DNA of 64,000 nucleotides from Gemmatimonadota bacterium (GTDB lineage Bacteria > Gemmatimonadota > Gemmatimonadetes > Gemmatimonadales > GWC2-71-9): NCBI GenBank assembly GCA_036679605.1, contig JAZDCZ010000324.1, positions 1 to 64,000 on the forward strand. Reading direction: 5' to 3'. A program made the position numbers and the translations under genes. Positions within the stretch are counted from its first letter, which is position 1, and the number at the start of each line of letters is the position of its first letter. The notes beneath the pieces are model-generated. The model did not search any database. It saw only the letters and a program-made list of their open reading frames with translations, and was not told the origin of the DNA. Below are positions 37,483 through 47,873 of the stretch, piece by piece.

Positions 37483-37893
37483 TCAGGCGCCTGCGGCCCA
37501 CATTGTCTTTACAGCTTTGTAGCGTGCGATTCGCTGGTCGGCCGTTACCACGGTCGCTCCCAAAACGAGTGCGGTCGCGATGATCAAGCGATCGGCCGGA
37601 TCCCGGTGCACAAACCCCGGCAGCGCTATGGCGCGGAGAGCTATACGGTTATCGACCGGGACGAATTGGAGGAACGGCTGCGCCTCAGATCTAGCAACCC
37701 AATCGGCTATGCCAACAGTCAACTCCAGTCGCCCCCGCTCCACCAACATCGCCACCTCCCAGGTGCTGATGGACGAGACGTAGAGGCGGCCGCCGTCGCC
37801 GACGGTTTTATCGATGGTGGAGCGTGTGCGCCTGGGAATGCGTTTTGGATCTGCCACCCACCACACCCAGGCGTGGGTGTCGAGCAGCATCAC
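37483..37893 (-). CDS. vapC: VapC/PIN toxin
   Basis: LLDTHAWVW, SSISTWE, HRDPADRLI, TAD. Confidence 0.92.
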   Translation of the reverse strand: MMLLDTHAWVWWVADPKRIPRRTRSTIDKTVGDGGRLYVSSISTWEVAMLVERGRLELTVGIADWVARSEAQPFLQFVPVDNRIALRAIALPGFVHRDPADRLIIATALVLGATVVTADQRIARYKAVKTMWAAGA

Positions 37894-38132
37894 GAGCTGG
37901 TTGCTTCCCAGTCGTCTTCGGCCACCGGTTCTGTCGGTGCGTCATAGCGGACAACGGTGTCACGCAGAGCACGCAAGGACTCGGTAGGATCCTCGGAAAA
38001 CGGAACGAGTTTCAGAACCGGCGTGCCGCGATCGGTGATCACTATGGGCCGGCCCGTGCGCTCTACATCGCGAAAAAACTCGAGAGCCCGCGACTTGAAC
38101 TGCGATTTGGAAACCTTCGACAGATCTGACAT
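37890..38132 (-). CDS. Phd/YefM antitoxin
   Basis: SKSQFKSRAL..IVITDRGTPV; overlaps the toxin start. Confidence 0.9.
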   Translation of the reverse strand: MSDLSKVSKSQFKSRALEFFRDVERTGRPIVITDRGTPVLKLVPFSEDPTESLRALRDTVVRYDAPTEPVAEDDWEATSS

Positions 38133-38158
38133 GACTGTAGATATATTACTATAGTCAT
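38131..38158. promoter_or_regulatory. TA autoregulatory operator
   Basis: Inverted repeat ATGACTGTAG-N8-CTATAGTCAT at the antitoxin start. Confidence 0.65.
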
Positions 38159-38214
38159 AAGCTCACGGCAAGGCCCTGCGGGGGGGCTCTCCGCGGATAA
38201 CCCGATCATGGTGC

Positions 38215-38871
38215 TCATGCGGGAGGTATTACGTAGAACAGCACGGCGAAGAAGTGAAACAAGCTCCCAACCAGCACGAACAGGTGCCAGATGGCGTGAT
38301 GATATCGTAGTAGTCGCCAACCGTAGAACGCCACTCCTCCAGTGTACGCCAATCCTCCCGCGATCAGCAGCGCGATGCCGCGACTCTCCACGGAATGCAG
38401 CAGTGGCTTCACGGCTATAGCCGCGATCCAGCCCAACCCTAGGTACAACACAATCGAGAGAATCCTGAAGCGCTGCTTCGCTGTCGCTTCCAACACGACG
38501 CCGAGAGCAGCGAGCCCCCACACCAGTCCGAATAGGGTCCATCCCCAGCCACCTCTAAGGTTCACGAGAGTGAAAGGAGTGTAGGTACCGGCTATCAACA
38601 GGTAGATGGCGGCGTGGTCCAGGATGCGAAAGACACTCTTCGCTCCCGGCTTGGTCAGTGCATGATAGAACGTCGATGCAGTGTACAGGAGAACCAGCGT
38701 TGTGCCGTAGATGCTGACCGAGACGATGTGCCAAGCATCGCCGCGCAAACTGGCGAAGACGACGAGGATCACGAGGCCAGCGATGCTTAGCAGCAGCCCA
38801 GCCCCGTGTGTGATTGCGTGTGCAATCTCCTCTGCAACCGAATAGCGTTTGCTTGCCGCGTCGCTAACCAC
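38215..38871 (-). CDS. Hemolysin III / PAQR family membrane protein
   Basis: EEIAHAITH, STFYH, DHAAIYLLIAGTYTP, HAIWHLFV. Confidence 0.93.
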   Translation of the reverse strand: MVSDAASKRYSVAEEIAHAITHGAGLLLSIAGLVILVVFASLRGDAWHIVSVSIYGTTLVLLYTASTFYHALTKPGAKSVFRILDHAAIYLLIAGTYTPFTLVNLRGGWGWTLFGLVWGLAALGVVLEATAKQRFRILSIVLYLGLGWIAAIAVKPLLHSVESRGIALLIAGGLAYTGGVAFYGWRLLRYHHAIWHLFVLVGSLFHFFAVLFYVIPPA

Positions 38872-39024
38872 TTGGACCCTCCATTGAGATTTGCCTCAAG
38901 CCCTTCGGCTTGAACCTATCGTCACTGAGCGCTATGTTGCATAAAACATCAATAAACAGTAAAATATAGCGCCAAATCGTAGCATTTCTACCTCCGATTC
39001 GCTTGAGGCACAGAGGGGCAAATC

Positions 39025-39843
39025 ATGTCGGATACTAGCGAACAACCGCCCTCAGAGATTTCATCCAGCTACCAGAGCTTCGTGACCGCCCTCCTGTCCG
39101 ATCGAGAACGGCTGTTTTCGGAGGTCGTCGAAAGTGCCGACCTTGTGCGCAAGCTCAGGTACGCGGTGCTGACGGTCCTCTTGCTTTCGTCGTTTTACGG
39201 CCTGGCGACGGGTGCATATGCCGGTGTTCTCCAGGCGTTTGCCGCCGCCGTGAAGCTCCCGCTGCTCGTCCTGGCTACCTTCGTCATCTGTTTCCCTGCC
39301 TTCTATGTAGTTCAGATACTCGTTGGATCGCAGCTTCGGCTTACACAGGTGCTGGTGATGGTGCTGTCTGCTCTGGCGCTGACGGCAGTCCTCTTGGCAG
39401 CCTTCGTCCCTGTTACCGTATTCTTTCTGATCACGGGCGCCAACTACTACTTCCTTCAATTGCTCCATGTCTTGGCGGTGCTCGTCGCTGGATTGTTCGG
39501 TATGTATGCGCTCCATGAAGGACTGGCGGTCGTTTGCGAACAGCGGGGAGTCTATCCGAAAAAAGCCCTCACCATTATGCGAGCTTGGGCGGTGCTATTC
39601 GCCTTTGTTGGAATTCAAATGGCATGGAACCTAAGGCCCTTCCTGGGTGACCGCGGAGAACCGTTTCGCGTGTTCCGCACCTACGAGGGGAACTTCTATG
39701 CGGCGGTCGCCTACTCGGTAAACAAGTTGCTCACAGGTGGGGACAAGGCAGCCGGCCCCGCAGAGCGGACTGAACCGTCAACCGTCCTCGAAGACCTCTT
39801 GGCGTCGCCGGTAGACACCGGTGTGAAGCGACAAGAGCGGTGA
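39025..39843 (+). CDS. Hypothetical 5-TM membrane protein
   Basis: AVKLPLL..FVGIQMAWNLRPFLG..GNFY. Confidence 0.75.
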   Translation: MSDTSEQPPSEISSSYQSFVTALLSDRERLFSEVVESADLVRKLRYAVLTVLLLSSFYGLATGAYAGVLQAFAAAVKLPLLVLATFVICFPAFYVVQILVGSQLRLTQVLVMVLSALALTAVLLAAFVPVTVFFLITGANYYFLQLLHVLAVLVAGLFGMYALHEGLAVVCEQRGVYPKKALTIMRAWAVLFAFVGIQMAWNLRPFLGDRGEPFRVFRTYEGNFYAAVAYSVNKLLTGGDKAAGPAERTEPSTVLEDLLASPVDTGVKRQER

Positions 39844-40094
39844 CCGATCATCGGAGGGATGGATCGCACCTCGAAAATGAGATCCTTACGATAGAGGAGG
39901 TGGCAACCTATTTACGCCTCAAGCCGCAGACGATCTACAAGTGGGCGCAGGACAAGCGCATTCCGTCGGCGAAGCTCGGTAAGGAATGGCGGTTTAGGAG
40001 GAGTGTGATCGATCGGTGGCTCGACGATCAGATGTTCGGCGAGGACTCGAGGTTTCACCATTTGAGGGAAGGGCACGAACAGGCCAACGGGTGA
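39840..40094 (+). CDS. Excisionase-like HTH DNA-binding protein
   Basis: LTIEEVATYLRL..TIYKWA..IPSAKLGKEWRF. Confidence 0.88.
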   Translation: MTDHRRDGSHLENEILTIEEVATYLRLKPQTIYKWAQDKRIPSAKLGKEWRFRRSVIDRWLDDQMFGEDSRFHHLREGHEQANG

Positions 40095-40255
40095 GACTGA
40101 ACAACGTCTTGTTTTTGTCTATGTTCCGTCTTTGCACAATCGCTCGAAGAATGATGATCGGTTTCGGCAGGCGCTGGCAACAGTACGATGCAAAGAGACT
40201 GTCGACAACCTCCGTAGGACGTGACGACGTGACTCCTAGGGTGGACGGGACCTAG

Positions 40256-41752
40256 ATGCCCTCGACAGACGACATTCACAAGGACGCCCGAGACTTGGTG
40301 CAGGGTGCGCTGCTTAGTCTCCTAGGCACCGCTGCCAAAGTAAGCAAGTTTCTGTTTATCCTGATCGCGGCGCGCGTGTACGGTCCGACCGCTCTCGGGA
40401 TTTATTTTTTGGCCTGGAATGTCGTCGACTTTGCTTCCAAGTTTGGACTGTGGGGCCTGGACCGCAGCCTCATTCGTGATATTGCCAGAACTCTGTTCGG
40501 GATCATTCGCTTCAACCTCAGCGTAGCCATCGGCCTGAGTCTACTCGCAACGGCCGTTCTGCTCTACGCCAGCCGGGCAATAGCGCAAGGTTTCTTCCAC
40601 GATCTGCAACTACTCGTCCCGCTCCGCCTGCTTGCAGTGGCGATCCCCTTTGTCGTTCTGACCCAAGCTCTAATCGCCACTACCAAGGCGCTTCGGTTCG
40701 TCCGCTACGAAGTAGCCATCCGCCAAGTCCTGGAGCCTCTCGTTCTCTTGCTTGCCATGGTCGCGTTGATCCCATTCTCGTGGGGGGCCCTCGGTCTGGT
40801 TGTGGCTCACGTCTTCGCGAGTATTGTCGGGACGGGAGCCGCGGTCTTCGTTGCTTTCCACAAGTTCCGGTTCGTCGGATGGCGACCGGCGCCGCTTCCG
40901 GGTGCGATCAAGCGGGACACGCTGCGCTTCATATCACCGATGGCAGTCATGGACGGCCTCAATCTCATGGCTGCCCGAGTCGATATCCTGCTTGTCGGTG
41001 CGCTGCTTAGCGTCACCGCCGCGGGCTCATATGGTATTGGTATCGAAATCATTTCGGTGATCAAGCGCGTTCGCCAGGGGTTCGAGCCGATCTTCTCGCC
41101 CATCGTTGCCGAACTCCATTACGGCGAGCAACAAGCTCGGCTGCGCCGAAATTATGTCATCGTCACCCGCTGGCTATTGGCAGGTACGCTTCCCACCGTC
41201 ATCGCCGTCGGACTGTTTCCGACGCAGCTGTTGGCACTATTCAACGAACAGGCGACAGCCGCGGCCGGAGCACTTCTCGTACTCGCTGTGGGCCACGGGC
41301 TGGTCGCGGTGTTCAACGCCTCGGAAACGCTACTAGTGATGTCTGGGAAATCGTGGCTCAATACGTTTCTGGCGGCTGCGACGCTGACACTGAGTGCAGC
41401 CGTCGCGATTATCCTGATCCCGGAACTAGGTATCGTCGGTGCTGCGCTGGGAACGCTCGTCGGCTATGCGTTTGTGAGCGGATCGCGTGTTCTCCAGGGA
41501 TACCGCCTTATGGGGCTACACCCGTTTGGCTACACCCTGTTGTGGCCTATCGTAGTTGCCGGGCTGACTGCGGTGGTCGTCTATGGCGTCGGTGCAGCGA
41601 TCACGGTCGATTCAGTCTACAAGCTGATCATCATGCTGGTGATCACCGCCGTCACGTACGGCGGACTCTTCTTCTGGGGCGCGCGGGAGCCTGAGGAGCG
41701 GCAATTGATCGGCAAGCTAGTGGCCAAGTTCAAACGCGCCCCGAAGCGGTAG
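40256..41752 (+). CDS. MOP-superfamily oligosaccharide flippase
   Basis: ARVYGPTALG, 12-14 TM segments, LIPELGIVGAA. Confidence 0.85.
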   Translation: MPSTDDIHKDARDLVQGALLSLLGTAAKVSKFLFILIAARVYGPTALGIYFLAWNVVDFASKFGLWGLDRSLIRDIARTLFGIIRFNLSVAIGLSLLATAVLLYASRAIAQGFFHDLQLLVPLRLLAVAIPFVVLTQALIATTKALRFVRYEVAIRQVLEPLVLLLAMVALIPFSWGALGLVVAHVFASIVGTGAAVFVAFHKFRFVGWRPAPLPGAIKRDTLRFISPMAVMDGLNLMAARVDILLVGALLSVTAAGSYGIGIEIISVIKRVRQGFEPIFSPIVAELHYGEQQARLRRNYVIVTRWLLAGTLPTVIAVGLFPTQLLALFNEQATAAAGALLVLAVGHGLVAVFNASETLLVMSGKSWLNTFLAAATLTLSAAVAIILIPELGIVGAALGTLVGYAFVSGSRVLQGYRLMGLHPFGYTLLWPIVVAGLTAVVVYGVGAAITVDSVYKLIIMLVITAVTYGGLFFWGAREPEERQLIGKLVAKFKRAPKR

Positions 41753-41825
41753 GGCCGCGGCAACGCTCCTTCATGCGTCACCGCGGCCCATCAGCAGGAT
41801 CACGCCAAATAACTAACCGGGCCGG

Positions 41826-44489
41826 TTAGAACGTAGCGGTCGCTCCTCCCAACATGCGACGGCCGACCAACGACCCGCCAAACAGATGGAACCGGTCTTG
41901 ATCGAACAGATTGGTCACCAGGACCGACAGCCGAAGGTTGGGATTCAGTTGGTAGCCGGCGGTGACGTCGAAAGTCTGGCTGGACGGAATGCGACCCTCG
42001 AAAACTCCGGCAGCCCAGTCGAAACTATCAACGAGGCGTGCCTTGACCGACGCGTCGAAACCCTGGAGTCCGTTGTAAGAGAGCGCGATGGATCCCTTGT
42101 GCTTCGGCGTATTCGGCACGATGTCGTCAGGCGATATCTGGTCGATGTCGAAATCGAAAAAAGTGTACGTACCGTCTATCCGAAACTCAGGTGAAGCAGC
42201 AACGCCTATCCCGACCTCTACGCCCTTTTCGGTCACCTCTCCAGCGTTGGCATATGAGATCACCAGGGCACGGTTGCCACCCGGCAACGTCGCCAGCAGT
42301 GGACCGGCGCCGGCAGCTAGCTGCTGGAAGCCTGGGCGCAACAACGTGTCTATTATCGCGCGCAGAGGATGTGCCGCAGGCAATCCAGCGCCTGCCAGCA
42401 CAGCGTCGATGTTAGTCAAGTCTCCAAGAACGTCTGTGCCGCCGTCTGACAGGCTGTAACCCGAGTACTTCGGATTCCCACCCGGCAGCAACACCGCCGG
42501 TAGCAGGTCGGTGACGAAGTCGGTGATTTTGCTGAGAAAGAAATCGACGCTCACATAAGCGCGGTCTGCTATCGTGCCCTTATAGCCCAATTCGAATGAG
42601 GTGACGTGCTCTACGTTGGTAGTCGGATTCCCCAGAGCGAACGCGCCGGTCGCCGCGTCGAAGTTCCAAGGGATGTCCGCTGGGAGTCCAAGACCGCCCA
42701 TCACCGCGGCGAGGCCCGGTCCGACGACCAATGGATTCTGCACTGTGGCATAGTAACCCTCGAGTCCGGCTTCCAAATCACCTGGGCTCGTGGTCCCGTT
42801 CCCCGGTATGTTGACCCGAAGGAAGAACTCGGAGTAGTTAGGGACCTGGAACGCGCGGTTCACCGTGAACCGGATGGCGTGGTCTTCATTCGGACTGAAA
42901 ACTATCGCTCCCTTTGGCGAGAACTGAGTGTTGAACAAGTCACCCTTGTCGACACGAGACGCCGCCACGATGCGCCATTGAGGCGTCAACTTGTACTCGA
43001 ACTGTCCGTAACCGGAGAAGTAGCCATCAGTACGGTTGTCGTCGGCCAACGACATGAGCGTGTTCTCGGTGTCGACGTGGTAACTACGTGCCGAGCCGCC
43101 TAGAACGATTCGCGCCCGGTCCTCGGCGAAGCTCCGGTTATACTGACCTTCGATATGGAGAATTCTCGAACTTTCCTCCAGCGGCACTCCACTGGCCAAT
43201 GAAAACTGCGGGTCAAGCGACTTCCTGCCACTGTACCAGGCCATCAGGTTGTAGTTGGGATTGCCCCAGCTCACACGTGCCCACGGTCTCAAGGCCTTGG
43301 TTACCTGAACGCGCCCGATGCCTGTTACGAATACCTCGTTCTCGACCTGCGTGGCACCACCTTCGATGCTGAAGAGTGAGTTGTTGCCGTAGTAGTCGAA
43401 GCGGCCGGATCCGAAAATATTCCTCAAGTCGTCCCGGTCTCCGGTGGCCGAGGTACCGGGTGCGCCCGTCTGTCCGTCCAGCGGCCGCAATTCGAATCCG
43501 GGTGTCGGGGCCGTGATCACCTCGTCGGTGACGCCGGCGTACTCGCTTGCCAGATCTGTTGCACCAGTGCGCGACCGGGTCCAAGTACCGCTGGTGTAGA
43601 AACCGGCGTTGAACTTGTAGCCGAACTTGCCGTCTGGAGTGACACCGGCATGCCGGATGTCTGTCTTGAACGTGCTCAATTCGCCGCCGCCCACGGAGAT
43701 CTTGGTTCCGATCACTTCGCGGGCGGTTGGCGTAGTGATATTGATGACTCCGCTAAAGGCATTGGCTCCGTAAAGCGCGGAGCCAGGGCCCCGTACCATC
43801 TCCATCGTACCGATGTCTTCCAGCGGCATGGACAGGCTGTTCCACTCCTGCGAGCCGAGGAAAGCGATCGCCAAGTCGCGGCCGTCCTGGAGCACAAGCA
43901 CTCGGCGGTTGAGCGAAGAGTTGAATCCTCGAGCATTGACGTTGAAGTCGTTGACACCGCTCTGTACCACGTCGGTACCAGGCAAGTGGGCGAGCGCCAG
44001 CGGCACCTGGCTGGTTACTGAGATATCACGAAGTGTGGCGGCACTTACCACGCTGACTGCCGCCGGTGCCTCTACCACCCGTTCCGGCGCACGCGACACG
44101 CCGGTCACGACTACCTCGCCAAGAGAGATCGCCTGAGCCACCAGAGCTGCGTCGGCTGTGGCACTCCCACCAGCGGTTACGGTGACAGCCACCTCAGCAG
44201 GTTGGTAGCCGATCCACCTAACCAAAATGACCTGCGGCCCGACTGGAACGCGGGCGAATTCGTACTGCCCATTGCTGTTGGTCACCGTGCTGATGCGTGT
44301 GCCACGGATGGTCACTGTCACGCCGGCGAGCGGCGCTCCGTTATCGGCCCGGGTCAAGGTTCCTCGGACGGCTGCAGTTCCTTGGGCAGCCAGCGTTGAC
44401 GGAACTGCCCAGGACAGTAGTGCCACGAGCATGGCTAGAAACACGGGCCAGCGGCATTGGGCTCGCGGGACGCTCTTGAACATGTGCAC
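41826..44489 (-). CDS. TonB-dependent receptor with N-terminal carboxypeptidase-regulatory-like domain
   Basis: Signal peptide, EVVVTG TonB box, EMVRGPGSALYGANAFSGVINI, NLFD, terminal Phe. Confidence 0.93.
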   Translation of the reverse strand: MHMFKSVPRAQCRWPVFLAMLVALLSWAVPSTLAAQGTAAVRGTLTRADNGAPLAGVTVTIRGTRISTVTNSNGQYEFARVPVGPQVILVRWIGYQPAEVAVTVTAGGSATADAALVAQAISLGEVVVTGVSRAPERVVEAPAAVSVVSAATLRDISVTSQVPLALAHLPGTDVVQSGVNDFNVNARGFNSSLNRRVLVLQDGRDLAIAFLGSQEWNSLSMPLEDIGTMEMVRGPGSALYGANAFSGVINITTPTAREVIGTKISVGGGELSTFKTDIRHAGVTPDGKFGYKFNAGFYTSGTWTRSRTGATDLASEYAGVTDEVITAPTPGFELRPLDGQTGAPGTSATGDRDDLRNIFGSGRFDYYGNNSLFSIEGGATQVENEVFVTGIGRVQVTKALRPWARVSWGNPNYNLMAWYSGRKSLDPQFSLASGVPLEESSRILHIEGQYNRSFAEDRARIVLGGSARSYHVDTENTLMSLADDNRTDGYFSGYGQFEYKLTPQWRIVAASRVDKGDLFNTQFSPKGAIVFSPNEDHAIRFTVNRAFQVPNYSEFFLRVNIPGNGTTSPGDLEAGLEGYYATVQNPLVVGPGLAAVMGGLGLPADIPWNFDAATGAFALGNPTTNVEHVTSFELGYKGTIADRAYVSVDFFLSKITDFVTDLLPAVLLPGGNPKYSGYSLSDGGTDVLGDLTNIDAVLAGAGLPAAHPLRAIIDTLLRPGFQQLAAGAGPLLATLPGGNRALVISYANAGEVTEKGVEVGIGVAASPEFRIDGTYTFFDFDIDQISPDDIVPNTPKHKGSIALSYNGLQGFDASVKARLVDSFDWAAGVFEGRIPSSQTFDVTAGYQLNPNLRLSVLVTNLFDQDRFHLFGGSLVGRRMLGGATATF

Positions 44490-44877
44490 TCCTTGGTTCG
44501 ATCGAAGGACAACGGCTGCCGGGAGCGGTCTGGTCCCCCCGGGGGATCGGGAACAAGATGCAACCTATAGGGCGTTTGCGCGAGGTCTTTCGCAAGTCCC
44601 ACCTCTTGAGCTCCGCTCAGTGAACGCCCGCGCCGATCATTCCTACGGACACAGGACGTTAAGTTTCGATGAAATTTGTGTGAAGCGTCCCGCCAATCCG
44701 ACAGGGATGGTTTCCAATGACAGCGTATTTGCTAGTAGATATCGAGATTACTGATCCAGAAGGCCTCTGCTGAGGCCAAAAAACTGAGACAGCAATGTGC
44801 GACGACCCGGATGGTTGCAGTCGAGGGGGTCTCTAGCTATTGAGTACTGGGAGGCACCACGCGCATCGAAGCTGATA

Positions 44878-45318
44878 TTAGGAAGCGACAGATTCCACCA
44901 CGATCTCTCTCGCGATATCAGGATCCAGCGCCAGCTCGGTTTCGTCTACTCGGATCACACACGACGGGAGTTGTTGCAGGACGGTGACAACTGTTCCCGG
45001 TACTAGTCCGAACGTTGCCAACGTGTTGTGACGTGATGACCGATCGGCACCGAGACAGAGAACCTTTGCCCTCGTGCCACTCTTCAGTAGCCGTAGAGTT
45101 TGGAACTCTTCAGAAACCTCCTGCGTCTGTCGTGGCTTCATACGCATCAACCGCTTGAACCACGATACTCCACGCGGTGTCTCAGGAAATTCGTACGCGC
45201 AGCTAGGGCAGCGGATCAAGCGGCACAACGGTCCTAAGGGACAACCGTGTGCACACAGGGTGTCTTCCTTCTCGAACTCGAATCCGCAAAACGGGCACGT
45301 TAGATATTGGCTATCCAT
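44878..45318 (-). CDS. FeoA domain protein with N-terminal Cys-rich domain
   Basis: CPFC..CAHGCP....C....CPSC, then an SH3-like FeoA domain (LATFGLVPGT..ELALD..IA). Confidence 0.85.
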   Translation of the reverse strand: MDSQYLTCPFCGFEFEKEDTLCAHGCPLGPLCRLIRCPSCAYEFPETPRGVSWFKRLMRMKPRQTQEVSEEFQTLRLLKSGTRAKVLCLGADRSSRHNTLATFGLVPGTVVTVLQQLPSCVIRVDETELALDPDIAREIVVESVAS

Positions 45319-47306
45319 CTTCCGATCCAATTCACCAGTCCACCGACGAAAAACGCAAAGGGGAAAATGAACCCTGCCATACGCCACGCCATTTTCTGGC
45401 CTTGTTCCTTGGAGATCATGAGAAAATTGGCGATGCAGGGCATGAACAAGGTGATCGTCACCATGGCAACCAACACCTGATGGCTGGTCAAGACAGCGTT
45501 AGGACCGATCGCAGCATCTAGGATGTATACGGCACCGAAATCACGCCGCATGAATCCAACAAGGAAGGCGTTTGCCATATCGCTTGGCAATCCGAGCCAC
45601 CCGACGACGAGTGGTTCTCCGAGTCGGCTGATCTTTCCTAGGATATGCAGCTTGTCGAGAATGAAGAGTAGTGCCGTCCCCAACACGAAAATTGGGATTA
45701 CTTCCTTGATGTACCAGTTCAAACGGCTCACGGTCTTGACGAGTACGTTCGAGATTTGCGGTCGCCGCATGGGCGGGATCTCGAGAATGAACTCGCTGGT
45801 ATCACCTTTGAAGAGACGAGAGGTAAGCCATCCTACCGAGAACATGATGCCGACCACCAATCCTACCCACACGGCAGCGCCCACCGGCGACAGCATCGAC
45901 ATCATTGCCAACAAGACTCCCAGTTGAGCGGAGCACGGGACGGCGAGTGCCAGTAACATTGTCGTGACGACACGTTCCCTGCGCGTCTCGAGGATCCGGG
46001 TGGTCATGGTGGCCATGGTGTCGCAGCCGAGCCCCAAGATCATCGGCAGCACCGCCTTGCCGTTGAGCCCCATCGGCCGGAAAATCCGATTGACCATGAT
46101 GGCCATGCGCGAGAAATATCCCGAGTCTTCCAGAACACTGAAGACGAGGAAGAAAGTGGTGACGATCGGCAGGACGATGGCGAACGCGTAACTGAGCGCC
46201 ATGGTGATAGCACCGTATTCACCGACAAAGAAGTCGTGCACGAATTGCAACGTACGTTGCAGCCAACTCAGGTTCGTGTTGGGCTCGATCGTGTACCCTG
46301 GAACAACAACGTCCTTAATGACCGAACCAATCGCAATCTCGTCCACCGGCGTGATCGGAACGGAGAGCGAGTAGGTCACAACCTCAGTGTCGTGGATATG
46401 CGGAAACGGCAGAGTCGCATCGACTGCGCCGATGACCAGCGGACCTATTCGTTGTTTGAAGACGGCCGTTTCCGCCATGTCCACCAGCGTACCCGCACCG
46501 AACAACCCAACGAACCAGAATACCGCCAACAGTACGACGCCCAAGAACGCGAGCCCTTTGACGGGGTGCATGGCCCAGAAGCCGAGCCGCACTTGTAGGG
46601 ACGCACGGTCAGGCTGGCTGATGGTGTAGGTCTGGGAAACGATCTCCTTCACTCGCGCGAGGCGTTCCCGGTTGGACTCGTAGTTATGATTCTGCTGTTC
46701 CTTGGCGGCTCCGTTCACGGTAGGCGGACGGGCGGCGGGCAATGCCCGAATAAGTTCCTCGGTTCCCTGGTTACGGACCGCAACCGTGCCGACGACTGGT
46801 ACGCCCAGCAGTGCGCTCAGCCGTTCGAGGTCGATGCTGCCACCCCGTTTCTCTAGCTCGTCCAGCATATTGAGCACTAAGATCATGGGACGGTGCAGCG
46901 TGGCCAGTTGCAAGGTGAGCAGGAGTGCGCGCCGCAGGTTCTTTGCGTCCGCTACCTGAACCACAACTGCGTCCTGATACTGATCGAGCACTTTGGCGGT
47001 GACTCGAGCGTCTTCGCTGCGAGGAGCCAGGTCGTTGACTCCGGGAGTGTCGATTACCTCTACGCTATCTGAACCAATATTCGTCCGTGCCCTAACGATC
47101 TCTACTGTGGTCCCGGGGAAGTTCGATACAGTGACGTATCGATTTGTGAGGTTCTTGAAAAGGACGCTCTTCCCGACGTTGGGATTGCCCACGAGCAACA
47201 TCGTCTTCGATAGCGCGGCCGTGTTGTTCTCAGTCGCAACACCACCATGGCACCCGCACGCGGCTGGGCCGGTCCTCTTCTTCCGAAGTACAAGCGATCG
47301 CAACAT
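45300..47306 (-). CDS. feoB: Ferrous iron transporter FeoB
   Basis: GNPNVGKS, NFPGTT, DTPG, NMLD, LEDSGY, GLGC, VPCSAQ, FMPC. Confidence 0.95.
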   Translation of the reverse strand: MLRSLVLRKKRTGPAACGCHGGVATENNTAALSKTMLLVGNPNVGKSVLFKNLTNRYVTVSNFPGTTVEIVRARTNIGSDSVEVIDTPGVNDLAPRSEDARVTAKVLDQYQDAVVVQVADAKNLRRALLLTLQLATLHRPMILVLNMLDELEKRGGSIDLERLSALLGVPVVGTVAVRNQGTEELIRALPAARPPTVNGAAKEQQNHNYESNRERLARVKEIVSQTYTISQPDRASLQVRLGFWAMHPVKGLAFLGVVLLAVFWFVGLFGAGTLVDMAETAVFKQRIGPLVIGAVDATLPFPHIHDTEVVTYSLSVPITPVDEIAIGSVIKDVVVPGYTIEPNTNLSWLQRTLQFVHDFFVGEYGAITMALSYAFAIVLPIVTTFFLVFSVLEDSGYFSRMAIMVNRIFRPMGLNGKAVLPMILGLGCDTMATMTTRILETRRERVVTTMLLALAVPCSAQLGVLLAMMSMLSPVGAAVWVGLVVGIMFSVGWLTSRLFKGDTSEFILEIPPMRRPQISNVLVKTVSRLNWYIKEVIPIFVLGTALLFILDKLHILGKISRLGEPLVVGWLGLPSDMANAFLVGFMRRDFGAVYILDAAIGPNAVLTSHQVLVAMVTITLFMPCIANFLMISKEQGQKMAWRMAGFIFPFAFFVGGLVNWIGRWIANI

Positions 47307-47418
47307 GTACGTAAGGTGTACTCCACCGGTGCTGCCGGTGGTGAAGGCGGTATGAAGAAATCATGAAGCCCGAAGGTCTAGCTGTTCCTGGGCGCGGAGG
47401 GTATCGTTTAGGTAGATA

Positions 47419-47871
47419 TTGCTCGAGGGCCAAAACGTGTCGGATCAGGATGGGACGGGCGTCGCCGAGAGACTGGCGGCGTACTTAGACTCAAGCAGCG
47501 GCAGACCGTTACACCGGCAGATCGTCGATCGGTTGTGGTTGGAGGTAGTGACGGGAACACTGGAAACCGGTGAGAGGCTACCCACGATTCGGCAGCTCGC
47601 CGTGGACTTGAATCTCAGCCCCAATACGGTCGCCCAAGCCTTCAAGGAGCTGGAATCTCTCGGCGTTGTGGTTACGCGTCAGGGAACCGGAACTTTTGTC
47701 GGGTTGCGCGATCCGGATCGATCGGAACTAGAGCGCCGCGCCCAACTCGAACGCCTATGCGATGACGTCGTGTCGCAGAGCAGCGCATTGGGAATACCGT
47801 TGGGTGATGTAGTAGATGCGCTCGAAGATATGCACTCGCCTGGCCACGATGGAAACTCCAGTGGGAGATAA
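47419..47871 (+). CDS. GntR (YtrA-type) regulator
   Basis: GERLPTIRQLA..SPNTV....ELE..G..GTGTFV. Confidence 0.9.
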   Translation: MLEGQNVSDQDGTGVAERLAAYLDSSSGRPLHRQIVDRLWLEVVTGTLETGERLPTIRQLAVDLNLSPNTVAQAFKELESLGVVVTRQGTGTFVGLRDPDRSELERRAQLERLCDDVVSQSSALGIPLGDVVDALEDMHSPGHDGNSSGR

Positions 47872-47873
47872 CT

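Noticed and set aside
39840..40094. Prophage excisionase marking a phage
   Set aside because: No integrase or phage structural genes nearby; this HTH family often acts as a stand-alone regulator.
44700..44760. Fur box or riboswitch upstream of the TonB receptor
   Set aside because: Only a weak AT-rich resemblance, with no convincing palindrome or aptamer motif.
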